A stretch of 64,000 nucleotides of DNA from Candidatus Levyibacteriota bacterium (GCA_027459725.1 DAIDHK010000001.1:67411-131410); one strand, 5' to 3'; shown: positions 10,342 through 21,377, numbered from the stretch's first letter. The notes: generated from the sequence alone by a model not told the origin. Translations and numbers: made by a program.

Positions 10342-12135
10342 TCATTTATTTTCCATCATCGAAAACAGTGCCTCCTGAGGCAAGTGAATTTTAGCTGAGG
10401 AAACCATACGTTTTTTACCTTTTTTCTGAGCTTCCAATAATTTATCTTTTCTTGTTCTGTCTCCACCTGACATTTTTGCCAATACATCTTTACGATAAGG
10501 AGGGATCTCCTCCCGGGCTACTATATTACCATTTACTACCGCCTGAATAATCTGGCGAAACTGCTGACGAGGCAATGACTCTTTTAATTTTTCTGCTTTT
10601 TGCCTGGCCACATACAATCCCTCATCACGATAAGCAAGTTCTGAAAGAACATCGATAGTGTTATCGTTAATTTTCACATCAACATTCACCAAATCCGCCT
10701 GTTTATATTCTGTTAGTTCGTAATCAATACTGGCATATCCTGAACTGACAGTTTTTAACTCAGCCGATAAACCGCGGATAAACATACTGTAGGGAAGTTC
10801 ATAACTCAAAGTCGCATAGGTATCATGATACTGCATATCTACTAAACTGCCTTTGCGCTTTTGACATACCGTCATCACATTACCCACATATTCATTAGGA
10901 ATATATACAGTGAGAAGCATATACGGCTCTTTCATTGTTCCATCTGAAAATTTTTCATATAAAACATTGGGCATGGTTAATAGTAACTCCAGTCCAAATT
11001 CCTGAGCCAGCCTTTCTTTGACTATTTCAGCATGCAGTAAACCAAGAAAACCCACACGAAAACCGCTGCCCAGATAAGCTGAGTATTCCTCAGTATATGT
11101 TAGTGAAGTATCATTAAGCATTAGTTTTCCCAATGATTCGCGTAAATGCACAAAATCAGATGCGTCTTTGGGATACATACCAAAAAACACCATGGGTTTG
11201 GGAGTAACATAACCTTGTAAAGGAAATACATTATTTCCTTTTTCGTCTTGTGCATATTCATTTTTCTGCCCAAAAGACAATTGTAATTTGAAATTTGAGT
11301 TTATAATCGTGTCTCCTACCCTTCCCTGACGAATGTCTTTAATACCAGTAATTACATAGCCAATCTCACCCGCCACCAGTCCTTTAGCTGGCTGTAGAAA
11401 AGGACTAAATGTCCCTACTTCTGTCACCGTTGTCGTTGTTCCTCCCTGAAATAATTTAATCTGGTCTCCTACTTTGATTGACCCGCCAAACATGCGAATA
11501 TATGTCACTACACCACGATATTCATCATATACGGCATCGAATACCAATGCCCTTAACGGTTTCTCTATTTCATTAACCGGAGGGGGCAACTTTGTGACAA
11601 TCCTTTCTAACAAAACCTGTACATTTTCTCCTGTTTTAGCGGATATAAAAATGATTTCTTCTTCTTTAAAGCCAAATACTGAAATCAGTTCTTTAACAAC
11701 TAATTCTGTTTGTGCATTGGGCAAATCTATTTTATTAATAACCGGTATCATGACCAGATTCTGTTTGCGGGCTTCGAAAAAATGCGCAACCGTTTGCGCC
11801 TGAATACCTTGAGTTGCATCGACTAATAACACAGCCCCTTCACAGGCAGCCAAGGTACGGGAAACTTCATATGAGAAATCTACATGTCCGGGGGTGTCAA
11901 TCAGATTTAAAATATATTCTTTACCATCAGATGCATGATAGACCATACGTACAGGAGCTAATTTAATCGTTATTCCCCGTTTTTTGCTTATCGCATTCAT
12001 ATCCAGAAACTGTTCTCCCAGCTTATCTTTGGCAATGGTTTTCGTAATTTCCAAAAAGCGATCAGACAGGGTAGATTTCCCATGGTCTACATGAGCAATA
12101 ATTGCAAAATTACGTACAAAGTCCGGTTCAATCAT
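10342..12135 (-). CDS. lepA: Elongation factor 4 (LepA)
   Basis: RNFAIIAHVDHGKSTLSDR, GITIK, DTPGHVDF, NKID, GFRVGFLGLLH, PRQQF, RKDVLAK. Confidence 0.98.
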   Translation of the reverse strand: MIEPDFVRNFAIIAHVDHGKSTLSDRFLEITKTIAKDKLGEQFLDMNAISKKRGITIKLAPVRMVYHASDGKEYILNLIDTPGHVDFSYEVSRTLAACEGAVLLVDATQGIQAQTVAHFFEARKQNLVMIPVINKIDLPNAQTELVVKELISVFGFKEEEIIFISAKTGENVQVLLERIVTKLPPPVNEIEKPLRALVFDAVYDEYRGVVTYIRMFGGSIKVGDQIKLFQGGTTTTVTEVGTFSPFLQPAKGLVAGEIGYVITGIKDIRQGRVGDTIINSNFKLQLSFGQKNEYAQDEKGNNVFPLQGYVTPKPMVFFGMYPKDASDFVHLRESLGKLMLNDTSLTYTEEYSAYLGSGFRVGFLGLLHAEIVKERLAQEFGLELLLTMPNVLYEKFSDGTMKEPYMLLTVYIPNEYVGNVMTVCQKRKGSLVDMQYHDTYATLSYELPYSMFIRGLSAELKTVSSGYASIDYELTEYKQADLVNVDVKINDNTIDVLSELAYRDEGLYVARQKAEKLKESLPRQQFRQIIQAVVNGNIVAREEIPPYRKDVLAKMSGGDRTRKDKLLEAQKKGKKRMVSSAKIHLPQEALFSMMENK

Positions 12136-12226
12136 GCCTCACATTATAGTTTATTGGCCATTTAAAGGCAAAAATTCCTTCATAAGTCTCTTTAATTATC
12201 CTTTTTCTCTTGCTACAATATCCATT

Positions 12227-12964
12227 ATGAAGAACGGCCAGGTTGTGATCGGTTCCATTATAGTTGTCGTCTTTACCAGTATTTTTCTCTTTCTCAATTT
12301 TAACAGTAATCAAAATAAATGGGGATCTTTATTACCTCCCACTCCTACAATAGATATGTCCTCTCCTTTTCAACTGATTTCTCCAGCTCAATCGCAAAAC
12401 CAGCAAAGCGTCCAGGGTGCACAAACTCAACAACAAGTACAACAACCACCACCTCCAACTGCTGTACCAACGTCTGCTGCAAGTACATTTGAAGGCCCAT
12501 TACCGGCCACGGTGTCTGCTACTATTCATACTGCCAAAGGTGATATCGTCTTAAGCTTATTTGCTGATAAAGCCCCAAAAACAGTGGGTAATTTTATCGC
12601 CAAAGCTCAGGCAGGCTTTTATAACAACTTAACATTTCATCGAGTTGAGAACTGGGTAATTCAGGGGGGAGATCCGAATGGAGACGGAACGGGCGGCGGA
12701 CAAATGCCGGCAGAACAAACTCCTGGAATAAATTTTGTACCCGGTTCTCTGGGTGTGGCCAGAGGTTCTGACCCTACGATTAATAACGCTGCTCAGTTCT
12801 TTATTACTAAACAACAGGCGGATTGGCTAAATGGACAATATACCAATTTTGGCATCGTCACCAGCGGTATGGATGTGGTAAATAAAATTGCTGTTGGAGA
12901 TAAAATTGAAAGTATTTCAATAGATTTAACCCAGACCGAAGGAGGGGGATATACCTCACCTTAA
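12227..12964 (+). CDS. Membrane-anchored cyclophilin-type peptidyl-prolyl isomerase
   Basis: APKTVGNF, FYNNLTFHRV, QGGDPNGDGTGG, QFFI, WLNGQYTNFG; N-terminal TM and Q/P linker. Start moved to ATG 12227 (TGcTACAAT 7 nt upstream; avoids overlap with lepA). Confidence 0.92.
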   Translation: MKNGQVVIGSIIVVVFTSIFLFLNFNSNQNKWGSLLPPTPTIDMSSPFQLISPAQSQNQQSVQGAQTQQQVQQPPPPTAVPTSAASTFEGPLPATVSATIHTAKGDIVLSLFADKAPKTVGNFIAKAQAGFYNNLTFHRVENWVIQGGDPNGDGTGGGQMPAEQTPGINFVPGSLGVARGSDPTINNAAQFFITKQQADWLNGQYTNFGIVTSGMDVVNKIAVGDKIESISIDLTQTEGGGYTSP

Positions 12965-13099
12965 AGTGAGACAATCATCCATCTATATTCACTAAATAGT
13001 ATTTAGTTGCACCCAAAGTAGTTTATCAAGACAGGGAAATTGATTTAAAAGAAAATTTATTTCATTAAAAACCCCAATCATATTTATATATCTGCGTAT

Positions 13100-13121
13100 A
13101 AAAAAACTCCCAATCGGGAAT
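13100..13121 (-). terminator. Intrinsic terminator after rpsG
   Basis: Minus strand ATTCCC-GATT-GGGAGT followed by a T run, about 40 nt after the rpsG stop. Confidence 0.7.
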
Positions 13122-13161
13122 ACAATTTGAGATTCATTCAAGAATAAGGGGGAAACTCACT

Positions 13162-13635
13162 TTACCATCTGAAGTGGGCAAATGCGCGATTTGCTTCAGC
13201 CTGACGATGCATTGTATCTCTTTTCTTAATTGCCTCACCTGCATTGTTTGATGCATCAATTAACTCCTGAGCCAGTTTTTGAGCAAAACTATGATATTCT
13301 GTATTTGGTCTTTTGCGAGCAGCCTCTAAAATCCAGCGAATGGACAATGAAACTTTGCGGTCAGCTCTAACTTCGACAGGTACCTGATAATTAGCTCCAC
13401 CGACTCTACGTGCTTTAACCTCTACTTTAGGAGAAATAGTAGTAAGAGCTTTTTCAAATATCTCAAGAGGCTCCATACCCTTTTCTTTTATTAAATCAAA
13501 AGCAGTATACATCTGTTTTTGTGCGACTGTTTTTTTACCGTTCACCATCAAACAATTGGTGAATTTAGCTACCATAAGATTGTTATAAAGCAAATCAGGT
13601 TTAATTTTTCTTTTATCAATTTTAGCGTGTCTCAT
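13162..13635 (-). CDS. rpsG: 30S ribosomal protein S7
   Basis: RRVGGANYQVPVEV, AEANRAFAHFRW. Start moved to MRHAK at 13635, 7 nt after rpsL. Confidence 0.98.
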   Translation of the reverse strand: MRHAKIDKRKIKPDLLYNNLMVAKFTNCLMVNGKKTVAQKQMYTAFDLIKEKGMEPLEIFEKALTTISPKVEVKARRVGGANYQVPVEVRADRKVSLSIRWILEAARKRPNTEYHSFAQKLAQELIDASNNAGEAIKKRDTMHRQAEANRAFAHFRW

Positions 13636-13642
13636 ATTTTTA

Positions 13643-14065
13643 TTATGCACTCTTTGCACTTGGCATCTTGGCACCATACTTACTTCTGGAAGTATGACGA
13701 CCCTCAACACCCTGTAAATCAAACTTACCGCGTACAATATGATACTTTACTCCTGGCAAATCCTTAACACGTCCACCACGAACTAAAACAATACCATGTT
13801 CGGACAAACTGTGACCAATACCCTGAATATATGCTGTAACTTCAACTTTGTTGGACAATTTAACACGAGCTACTTTACGCAGAGCTGAATTAGGCTTTTT
13901 AGGAGTCATAGTCTTAACCAAAGTAACCACTCCACGCTTTTGAGGAGAACTTAAATCTTTGTACTCACGGTCTTTAGCATTAAACATGCGGTGTAAACCG
14001 GTAGCTTTAACTTTTTTTGTCTTATGTTTTCGACCATGTCTGGCCAATTGCGATAATGTTGGCAT
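13643..14065 (-). CDS. rpsL: 30S ribosomal protein S12
   Basis: [26 protein letters not shown]. Confidence 0.99.
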   Translation of the reverse strand: MPTLSQLARHGRKHKTKKVKATGLHRMFNAKDREYKDLSSPQKRGVVTLVKTMTPKKPNSALRKVARVKLSNKVEVTAYIQGIGHSLSEHGIVLVRGGRVKDLPGVKYHIVRGKFDLQGVEGRHTSRSKYGAKMPSAKSA

Positions 14066-14121
14066 AACTTTAGAGTATTATATCATACTTCACGCTCAAG
14101 GAAAACTCTTACGATGGACAA

Positions 14122-17100
14122 TTAGGCAACTAACATTGGTTCCTCTACCGGCAGTTGTGCAGGCGCTGGAGCAGCCTCTTCTGAGAATACGCCATCAGTA
14201 TAAACTGAACCATCGACTGGAATCAATCGTCCAATGATAACATTCTCTTTCAAACCAATCAAACGATCCTCACGTCCTTCGAGAGCAGCTTCTGTCAAGA
14301 CTTTAGTTGTCTCCTGGAAGGAGGCAGCTGAGAGCCATGAATCAGAGAACAATGCTGCCTTGGTGATACCCAGGATCATTTGTTTACCAGTGACTGGATT
14401 ACCACCCTCAGATAGAATTTCAGAATTAATTTCTTCAAATTTAGCCTTGCTGACAAAATCACCCGGAATCAAAGCTGAATCACCCACACTGTCAATCATA
14501 ATCTTATCAGACATCTTGCGTAAAATAACCTCGAAATGCTTATCATTGATCATAATGCCCTGAGATTCATATACCTTCTGAGCTTCAGTAATGATATAGT
14601 GCTGAGATGCATTCAAACCTCCGACTTTTAGAACTTCTTTAGGATCAAGATATCCTTCAGCCAAAGGTGTACCGACTATAATCTCATCTCCATCTTCTAC
14701 GGCCAAAGTAGATGCTTGTGGAACAAAATATTCCTGTACCTCAATAGGCTTAATCTTCGTATTGCGAACCTGAATTAAATATCCTTCATCATTCTTCTCA
14801 ATTGCTACACGTCCGCTTATCTCACTGACAGGCGCCAAACTCTTAGGTGTACGCATTTCAAACAACTCTTCAACTCGAGGTAAACCCTGTGTCACGTCTG
14901 ACATCACGACTCCTCCGAAATGCTTAACACGCATGGTAAGCTGTGTTCCAGGTTCTCCGATACTTTGAGCCGCAATTACGCCAACTGGGACACCCAGATC
15001 AACTTTTTTCTTGGTTGAGAAATCCCAACCATAACATTTAGCACAGATTCCATAATGTAATTTGCATGTCATAGCGGAGCGAATAGTAACTTCAGTCACG
15101 TTATTATCGACCAAATTTCTGGCTGCTTCTTCATCGATCTCCTCGCCTGCCTTCATAACAATTTTGCGTGTCTTAGTAACTGCATCTGTAGCTAAAAATC
15201 TTCCTACTATACGGTCAGAAAATTCTACCGTTCTTTCTTTCTCATCAGCAACAATAGTTACACCCTCGGTAGTTCCGCAGTCATCGCTCATAACAATAAC
15301 ATCATGAGAGACGTCCACTAATCGACGGGTTAAGTATCCAGCGTTGGCGGTTTTCAAAGCACCGTCAGTCAAACCCTTACGAGAACCTCGAGTAGAAGCT
15401 ACATATTCAAATACTGACAATCCTTCACGGAAGTTAGATTTAATAGGTAGTTCTACGATCTTACCCATTGGGTCAACAATCAATCCGCGCATAGCAGAGA
15501 GCTGCTTTAACTGCTCAATACCTGCACGTGTACCTCCGGAAGCAATCATGGTACGTATAACGTTATTCGGCTGTAAATTCTTCCAGGTCAAATCAGCTAA
15601 GTTATCAGTGATTTCCAGCCATACATTGTTTGATAAGCGCTTCTTTTCTTCCAAAGTTATCAAACCTTGCTGATATTGTGTGTCAATTGTACCGATCTTC
15701 TTTTCAGCATCTTCTATCATTTTATTCTTGCCGTCAATTATTTCACTATCAAAGATTGATAATGAAACACCCGAAACCGTAGCCCCATAGAATCCAAAAT
15801 GTTTAACATTATCAATTAAGTTAGCTACTTCATCTGCTGAATGCTGTTTCATAGCTGATGTGACTAGTTTCTTGATACTTGAAGCATTGACTGCCTGATT
15901 GATAAATGGCATGTCGTTCAGCAAAACTTCATTGAAAAGGATACGTCCAACAGTTGTTTCTACCAATTCAGATTTGCCATTTGAATCTAATCTAACCTTA
16001 ATAGGTTCTTTTATACGGATACTGCCTAAATCATAAGCCATAATTGCATTATGAGTACTAGAATATTCCTGCATTTCTTCTTCTGATTTTCTCAAAGACT
16101 CATTCATTTCAGTTAAGAAGTAGACCCCAAAAGCCATCTCTTTATTCGGCAGTGTGATTGGACTCCCATCAGCTGGTTTTAAAAGATTGTGACTTGGCAG
16201 CATTAGTTTAATAGCTTCTTCCTGAGCTTTACTTGATAATGGAATATGTACAGCCATCTGGTCCCCGTCAAAATCTGCGTTATAACCTGAACACACACAA
16301 GGATGCAGACCAATTGCAGAACCTTCAATCAAAACCGGGAAGAAAGCCTGCATACCAAGCTTGTGCAAAGTAGGAGCACGGTTAAGTAAAATCGGATGAT
16401 TCTTAGTAATCTCTTCCAGAATGTCAAATACTTCCGGTGGACGCTTTTCTATATATCTTTTGGCTGACTTAATGTTGGTAGCCAAACCCCGCATGATAAC
16501 TTCACGCAAAACGAAAGGTTTGAACATTTCCAGAGCCATTTCTTTTGGCAAACCGCACTGAGTGAGCTTCAATTCAGGAGAAACAACAATAACTGAACGC
16601 CCAGAATAATCGACGCGCTTTCCTAGCAAATTTTGACGGAAACGACCCTGCTTACCTCTTAACATATCAGAGAGAGAGCGCAAGGGAGCAACCACAGTCT
16701 GGGATGAACGTTGTGTAACGTCAATTAATGCATCTACTGATTCCTGTAACATGCGCTTTTCATTACGCAAGATAATTTCCGGTGCACCGAGAGAAATAAG
16801 GTGCTTCAAACGATTGTTACGGTTGATGACACGACGATACAAATCATTTAAGTCTGAAGTGGCAAAACGTCCTCCTGCTAATTGCACCATCGGACGAAGA
16901 TCCGGAGGGATAATCGGTAAGATAGACATGATCATACTAGCAGGTTGTACGCCGGCTTTGCGCATCGATTCCACAAGACGTAGCCGCTTAATAACTTTCA
17001 AATATTTCTGACCGCTTGATTTTTCAGCTTCCTTGCGCATGGAAACAATAATTTCAGACAAGTCTAATTTCTCAATTAACTCGGCCAACGCTTCAGAACC

Positions 17101-17922
17101 TGTTTTGATAGTGAAGAAAACTGGAATATCATATTCAAGCAACTTGAAGTATTCATCTTCGGATAAGACACTGGAAACTTTGAGACCTTTAAGCAATTTA
17201 AGTAATGTATCGGCAATCTCATCCAACTTTTTAGATTCAGATTCATAAGATTCATTCAATTTAGCCAGTCTTTGGCGCTGGGAGAGTTCAATTTCCTGAT
17301 TAATCAATTGCTTTTGCTCACGTCGAACATGTAATTCCTTGGTATCACCTTTTTGTTCTTTCAAATCATCTTTGAGTTTGGCCTGCTCTTCATCAGCCCG
17401 GCCCTTCAGTTCTGCTCGACGCTCTTCAATTTTTTCTGTTAAAATCTCTATGGCTTGTTTTTTCTTTTCTTCATCAATACCTGTAACTAAGTAGGAAGCA
17501 TAGTAGATAACAGACTCGAGGTTTTTCTGCGGGATATCCAGTAAAGTAGATAAAGGAGAGGATGAACCTTTGAAGAACCAGACATGAGCACAAGGACTAG
17601 ATAATGTAATATGGCCAATCCTTTCGCGACGAACACGAGACAAGGTAACTTCAACTCCGCATTTATCACAAACGATACCACGATATCGAATTCTCTTGTA
17701 TTTTCCACAATAACACTCCCAATCCTTTGTTGGCCCAAAAATCCTCTCATCAAACAAGCCATCTTTTTCAGGCCTGAGAGTACGGTAATTGATAGTTTCC
17801 GGCTTGGTAACCTCACCATAAGACCAATTGATGATATCCTGCTTACTGGCTATCATGATCTTAAGCGACTTAAAATCTAGAATTGTAGCGTCTTTCATGA
17901 CTTTTTTACTATCGTTATTCAT
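14122..17922 (-). CDS. rpoC: RNA polymerase beta' subunit
   Basis: KPETINYRT, Zn-finger CYCGKYK...CDKC, catalytic NADFDGD, GEPGTQLTMR. Confidence 0.99.
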   Translation of the reverse strand: MNNDSKKVMKDATILDFKSLKIMIASKQDIINWSYGEVTKPETINYRTLRPEKDGLFDERIFGPTKDWECYCGKYKRIRYRGIVCDKCGVEVTLSRVRRERIGHITLSSPCAHVWFFKGSSSPLSTLLDIPQKNLESVIYYASYLVTGIDEEKKKQAIEILTEKIEERRAELKGRADEEQAKLKDDLKEQKGDTKELHVRREQKQLINQEIELSQRQRLAKLNESYESESKKLDEIADTLLKLLKGLKVSSVLSEDEYFKLLEYDIPVFFTIKTGSEALAELIEKLDLSEIIVSMRKEAEKSSGQKYLKVIKRLRLVESMRKAGVQPASMIMSILPIIPPDLRPMVQLAGGRFATSDLNDLYRRVINRNNRLKHLISLGAPEIILRNEKRMLQESVDALIDVTQRSSQTVVAPLRSLSDMLRGKQGRFRQNLLGKRVDYSGRSVIVVSPELKLTQCGLPKEMALEMFKPFVLREVIMRGLATNIKSAKRYIEKRPPEVFDILEEITKNHPILLNRAPTLHKLGMQAFFPVLIEGSAIGLHPCVCSGYNADFDGDQMAVHIPLSSKAQEEAIKLMLPSHNLLKPADGSPITLPNKEMAFGVYFLTEMNESLRKSEEEMQEYSSTHNAIMAYDLGSIRIKEPIKVRLDSNGKSELVETTVGRILFNEVLLNDMPFINQAVNASSIKKLVTSAMKQHSADEVANLIDNVKHFGFYGATVSGVSLSIFDSEIIDGKNKMIEDAEKKIGTIDTQYQQGLITLEEKKRLSNNVWLEITDNLADLTWKNLQPNNVIRTMIASGGTRAGIEQLKQLSAMRGLIVDPMGKIVELPIKSNFREGLSVFEYVASTRGSRKGLTDGALKTANAGYLTRRLVDVSHDVIVMSDDCGTTEGVTIVADEKERTVEFSDRIVGRFLATDAVTKTRKIVMKAGEEIDEEAARNLVDNNVTEVTIRSAMTCKLHYGICAKCYGWDFSTKKKVDLGVPVGVIAAQSIGEPGTQLTMRVKHFGGVVMSDVTQGLPRVEELFEMRTPKSLAPVSEISGRVAIEKNDEGYLIQVRNTKIKPIEVQEYFVPQASTLAVEDGDEIIVGTPLAEGYLDPKEVLKVGGLNASQHYIITEAQKVYESQGIMINDKHFEVILRKMSDKIMIDSVGDSALIPGDFVSKAKFEEINSEILSEGGNPVTGKQMILGITKAALFSDSWLSAASFQETTKVLTEAALEGREDRLIGLKENVIIGRLIPVDGSVYTDGVFSEEAAPAPAQLPVEEPMLVA

Positions 17923-20900
17923 TATCGTCTACTCCTTTCGCACTCAAGGCTGCCTCATCCGGGCCTTCTTCACTGGAAATTTCCATACCTTCGGCTGCTG
18001 CATTCTTCTCATCAACTACCTCTTCAGCATTTAATGAGTGTTCCAATTCACTTACTTCAGCCTTAAGTTTTTCTGACTCAATCTCTTCCTTAACTTCAGA
18101 AGTCTCATTATACAAGGTAGCTCCGACTGGCACAACATTCAAACCAAGTGACTGTAACTCTTTAATCAAAACTTTAAAAGATTCTGGTACTTTTGGTGTA
18201 GGTATATCAACGCCTTTAACAATAGCTTCGAAAGCTTTGGCACGGCCAACCACATCATCAGCTTTAATAGTCAACATCTCCTGTAAAATATGCCGGGCAC
18301 GATGTGCTTCCAGTGCCCAAACTTCCATTTCTCCGAGTCTCTGCCCACCCATCTGAGCTTTTCCTCCCAAAGGTTGCTGAGTGACTAAGGAATATGGGCC
18401 GGTTGAACGGGCATGAGTCTTATCTTCGACCATGTGAATTAATTTCATGACATATTCGATACCAACTACGACCGGATTTTCAAATTCCTGACCAGTTCGA
18501 CCGTCAAATAATTTCAATTTACCACTGACTGGTAACCCAGCCTGATGCAATAAGTCAACGAGCTTGTCTTCCGAAATCTTCTCAAAGACAGGTAATGCGA
18601 CTTTCATGCCCAATTTACGTGCAGCCAGACCAAGATGAGCCTCTAATACCTGACCGAGGTTCATACGAGCCAGAATACTCATTGGTGAGATAATAATATC
18701 AACAGGTGTGCCGTCTTCAAGGTGAGGCATATCTGCTTCCGGAAGAATTCGGGAAATAATACCTTTATTTCCATGACGTCCAGCCAATTTGTCACCCACC
18801 ACTACATGACGGTACTGAGCCACTTCAACGATAATTTTACGCAAAGTACCAGGTTCAAGCTCATCCCCGCTCTTACGGTCTAGAATTTGTACACTGATAA
18901 CTGTTCCTCGTTCACCATGAGGTACACGCAAACTTGTATCACGTACTTCACGAGCCTGCTCACCAAAGATTGCCCGCAGCAGTCTTTCTTCAGCAGTCAA
19001 TTCTGTCTCACCTTTAGGAGCAATTTTACCTACTAAGATATCACCAGGTCCGACATCACTACCAACGACGATAATGCCATCTTCATCCAATTTAGCCAAT
19101 TCGTCTTCAGCCACATTAGGAATATCCTGCGTAGTTTCTTCCGGTCCAAGTTTGGTTTCCACAACTGACGCTTCATATTTCTCAATATGAATTGATGAGA
19201 GTACGTCTTCACGTACTAAACGATCAGATATAACCAAAGCATCCTCATAACCAAGACCATCAAGAGAAGTATAAGCAATTAAAAGATTTTGTCCCAAGGC
19301 TAATTCTCCATCTTCAGAAGCGGGCCCATCAATTAATACATCACCCTTTTTTATTTTTTGACCAACAGACACTACAGCCCTTTGCGTATATGCGGTTGCA
19401 TTGGCAGTACGACGGAAAGATTCAATATCAAATTTCTTCTTTTCTTTCTTAGCATCTTCAATAATGACCTTTTCTGAATCGACAAAAGTTACTGTCCCGT
19501 CAAAAGGAGCCAGCACAACACGTCCCATGACTCTGGAGATTGTTGCTTCCATTCCCGTACCAACGATTGGACTCTCAGGCTTAACAAGTGGTACAGCCTG
19601 ACATTGCATGTGCGTACCCATCAAAGCACGAATACCATCATCATGAGCTAAATATGGAATAAGAGAAGCACTTGCACCAACTACCTGACGAGGTGTAACG
19701 TCAATGTAATTAACAACATTACCGTCAGCTTGAATAAACTCCCCACCATAGCGGGCTGGAACTCTTTCATCAGTAATAATACCATCTCCAGATACATTAA
19801 CACCTGCATGAGTAATATAATGTTCTACCTCATCATCAGCAGCCAGATATTCGATTTCATCAGTAACCTGAGAAACTGTTTTGTTACCTTTTTTGACCTG
19901 TGTAACTTTTCGATAAGGTGTTTCCAGGAAACCAAAATCATTGACTCTGGCATAAAGTGAAATATATGTAACAAGACCGATATTTGGACCTTCGGGACTT
20001 CGGATAGGACAAATTCTGCCATATTGAGAACTGTTAATATCACGAATAGAAAACGCAGCTCTTTCTCGTGAAATACCACCAGTACCCATAACTGTCAAAC
20101 GATTAAGATTGTCAATTTCAGAAAGCGGGTTTGTTTGATCTAAGATAGTGGAGAGCTGGGAGGTACGGAAGAATTCATTAATGGCTGCCATAATGGGACG
20201 GGCATTAATGAGATTGGAAACGGTGACCTGCTGACCATCAGTCTGCAATAAACTCATACGTTCTTTGATACTTCTTTCTACACGCAGAACTCCAACACGG
20301 AAAGCATTAGCAGCTACTAACTCTCCCACACTACGCACACGACGGTTAGCTAGACTATCAATATCATCTGTAAATCCTTTACCCTGTGTAAGCTGGATTA
20401 AGTAGGAGATAGTAGAGACTATATCATCTACAGTTAACACCTGTTCTTCAGTAGATGTAAAACCAGGAGTATTAGCCAACTTTTTGTTGACTTTATAGCG
20501 GCCGACCTGCCCCAAATCATAACGGCGATTATTAAAGAACAAATTATAAAAGCTCTCGCGTACCTTATCGATGACTAATGGTTCGCCAGGATGCATTTTG
20601 CGAAATATTTCGAGCAATGCTTCCGTCTCCGAACCTGTTTCGTCTTTGACTAAAGTATTTTCAATAAAGGATTCTTTAGCACCCTCTTCCAACGGAGCAA
20701 AACGTTCTTTAATGGTCTCATTACCAGAAATTCCAATAGCTCTTAAAAAAGTTGTGGCAAGGAATTTGCGTCGGCGATCAATCTTAACTGTAATAGTATT
20801 GTAACGGGTAGTGGAAAACTCCAACCAAGAACCATGAACCGGCCTAATTTCAGCAGTATACAATGTCTTACCAGTAGCTGGATCAGAAGAAGCGGTGAAG

Positions 20901-21340
20901 AAAACACCAGGGGAACGGACCAGTTGATTAACAACTGCTCGCTCAATACCATTTACAATAAATGTCCCACGTTCAGTCATCTGGGGAATATCTCCTAAAA
21001 ATACTTCTGCTTCCTGAACTTTGTCAGTCTTCAAATTCTTTAATGCAACTCTTACATATAATGGAGCATCAAACGTAAGTCCTTTGGATAAGGCAACCGC
21101 GGGGTCGTTGCTAGGTTCTCCGATTCTATAATTATGAAACGTCAGAGTCCAGTTTTTACCAGTAAAATCTTCAACAGGGGAAATTTCTTTGAGAATATCG
21201 CCAATTGCAACATCCTGAAACCATTTATAAGATTTTCTTTGTATAGCAAGCAAATCCATTTGTGGCAAAACATTATAGGTCTTACCCCAAACTTGACGAT
21301 TCATCTTTTTATGATCAAGAACATTTGAATTTTTAGGCAT
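17915..21340 (-). CDS. rpoB: RNA polymerase beta subunit
   Basis: GTFIVNGIER, SPEGPNIGL, GDKLAGRHGNKG, GGQRLGEMEVWALEA. Confidence 0.99.
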   Translation of the reverse strand: MPKNSNVLDHKKMNRQVWGKTYNVLPQMDLLAIQRKSYKWFQDVAIGDILKEISPVEDFTGKNWTLTFHNYRIGEPSNDPAVALSKGLTFDAPLYVRVALKNLKTDKVQEAEVFLGDIPQMTERGTFIVNGIERAVVNQLVRSPGVFFTASSDPATGKTLYTAEIRPVHGSWLEFSTTRYNTITVKIDRRRKFLATTFLRAIGISGNETIKERFAPLEEGAKESFIENTLVKDETGSETEALLEIFRKMHPGEPLVIDKVRESFYNLFFNNRRYDLGQVGRYKVNKKLANTPGFTSTEEQVLTVDDIVSTISYLIQLTQGKGFTDDIDSLANRRVRSVGELVAANAFRVGVLRVERSIKERMSLLQTDGQQVTVSNLINARPIMAAINEFFRTSQLSTILDQTNPLSEIDNLNRLTVMGTGGISRERAAFSIRDINSSQYGRICPIRSPEGPNIGLVTYISLYARVNDFGFLETPYRKVTQVKKGNKTVSQVTDEIEYLAADDEVEHYITHAGVNVSGDGIITDERVPARYGGEFIQADGNVVNYIDVTPRQVVGASASLIPYLAHDDGIRALMGTHMQCQAVPLVKPESPIVGTGMEATISRVMGRVVLAPFDGTVTFVDSEKVIIEDAKKEKKKFDIESFRRTANATAYTQRAVVSVGQKIKKGDVLIDGPASEDGELALGQNLLIAYTSLDGLGYEDALVISDRLVREDVLSSIHIEKYEASVVETKLGPEETTQDIPNVAEDELAKLDEDGIIVVGSDVGPGDILVGKIAPKGETELTAEERLLRAIFGEQAREVRDTSLRVPHGERGTVISVQILDRKSGDELEPGTLRKIIVEVAQYRHVVVGDKLAGRHGNKGIISRILPEADMPHLEDGTPVDIIISPMSILARMNLGQVLEAHLGLAARKLGMKVALPVFEKISEDKLVDLLHQAGLPVSGKLKLFDGRTGQEFENPVVVGIEYVMKLIHMVEDKTHARSTGPYSLVTQQPLGGKAQMGGQRLGEMEVWALEAHRARHILQEMLTIKADDVVGRAKAFEAIVKGVDIPTPKVPESFKVLIKELQSLGLNVVPVGATLYNETSEVKEEIESEKLKAEVSELEHSLNAEEVVDEKNAAAEGMEISSEEGPDEAALSAKGVDDNE

Positions 21341-21377
21341 TGGCGAGATATATTATTGGCAGTAACTTCCTATACGC

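Noticed and set aside
13636-13737. Extended N-termini in the ORF track for rpsG (also cyclophilin, alaS, ftsK, rpsO, nth, YtxH)
   Set aside because: They overlap neighbours or promoters; family similarity and -10 positions support downstream ATGs.
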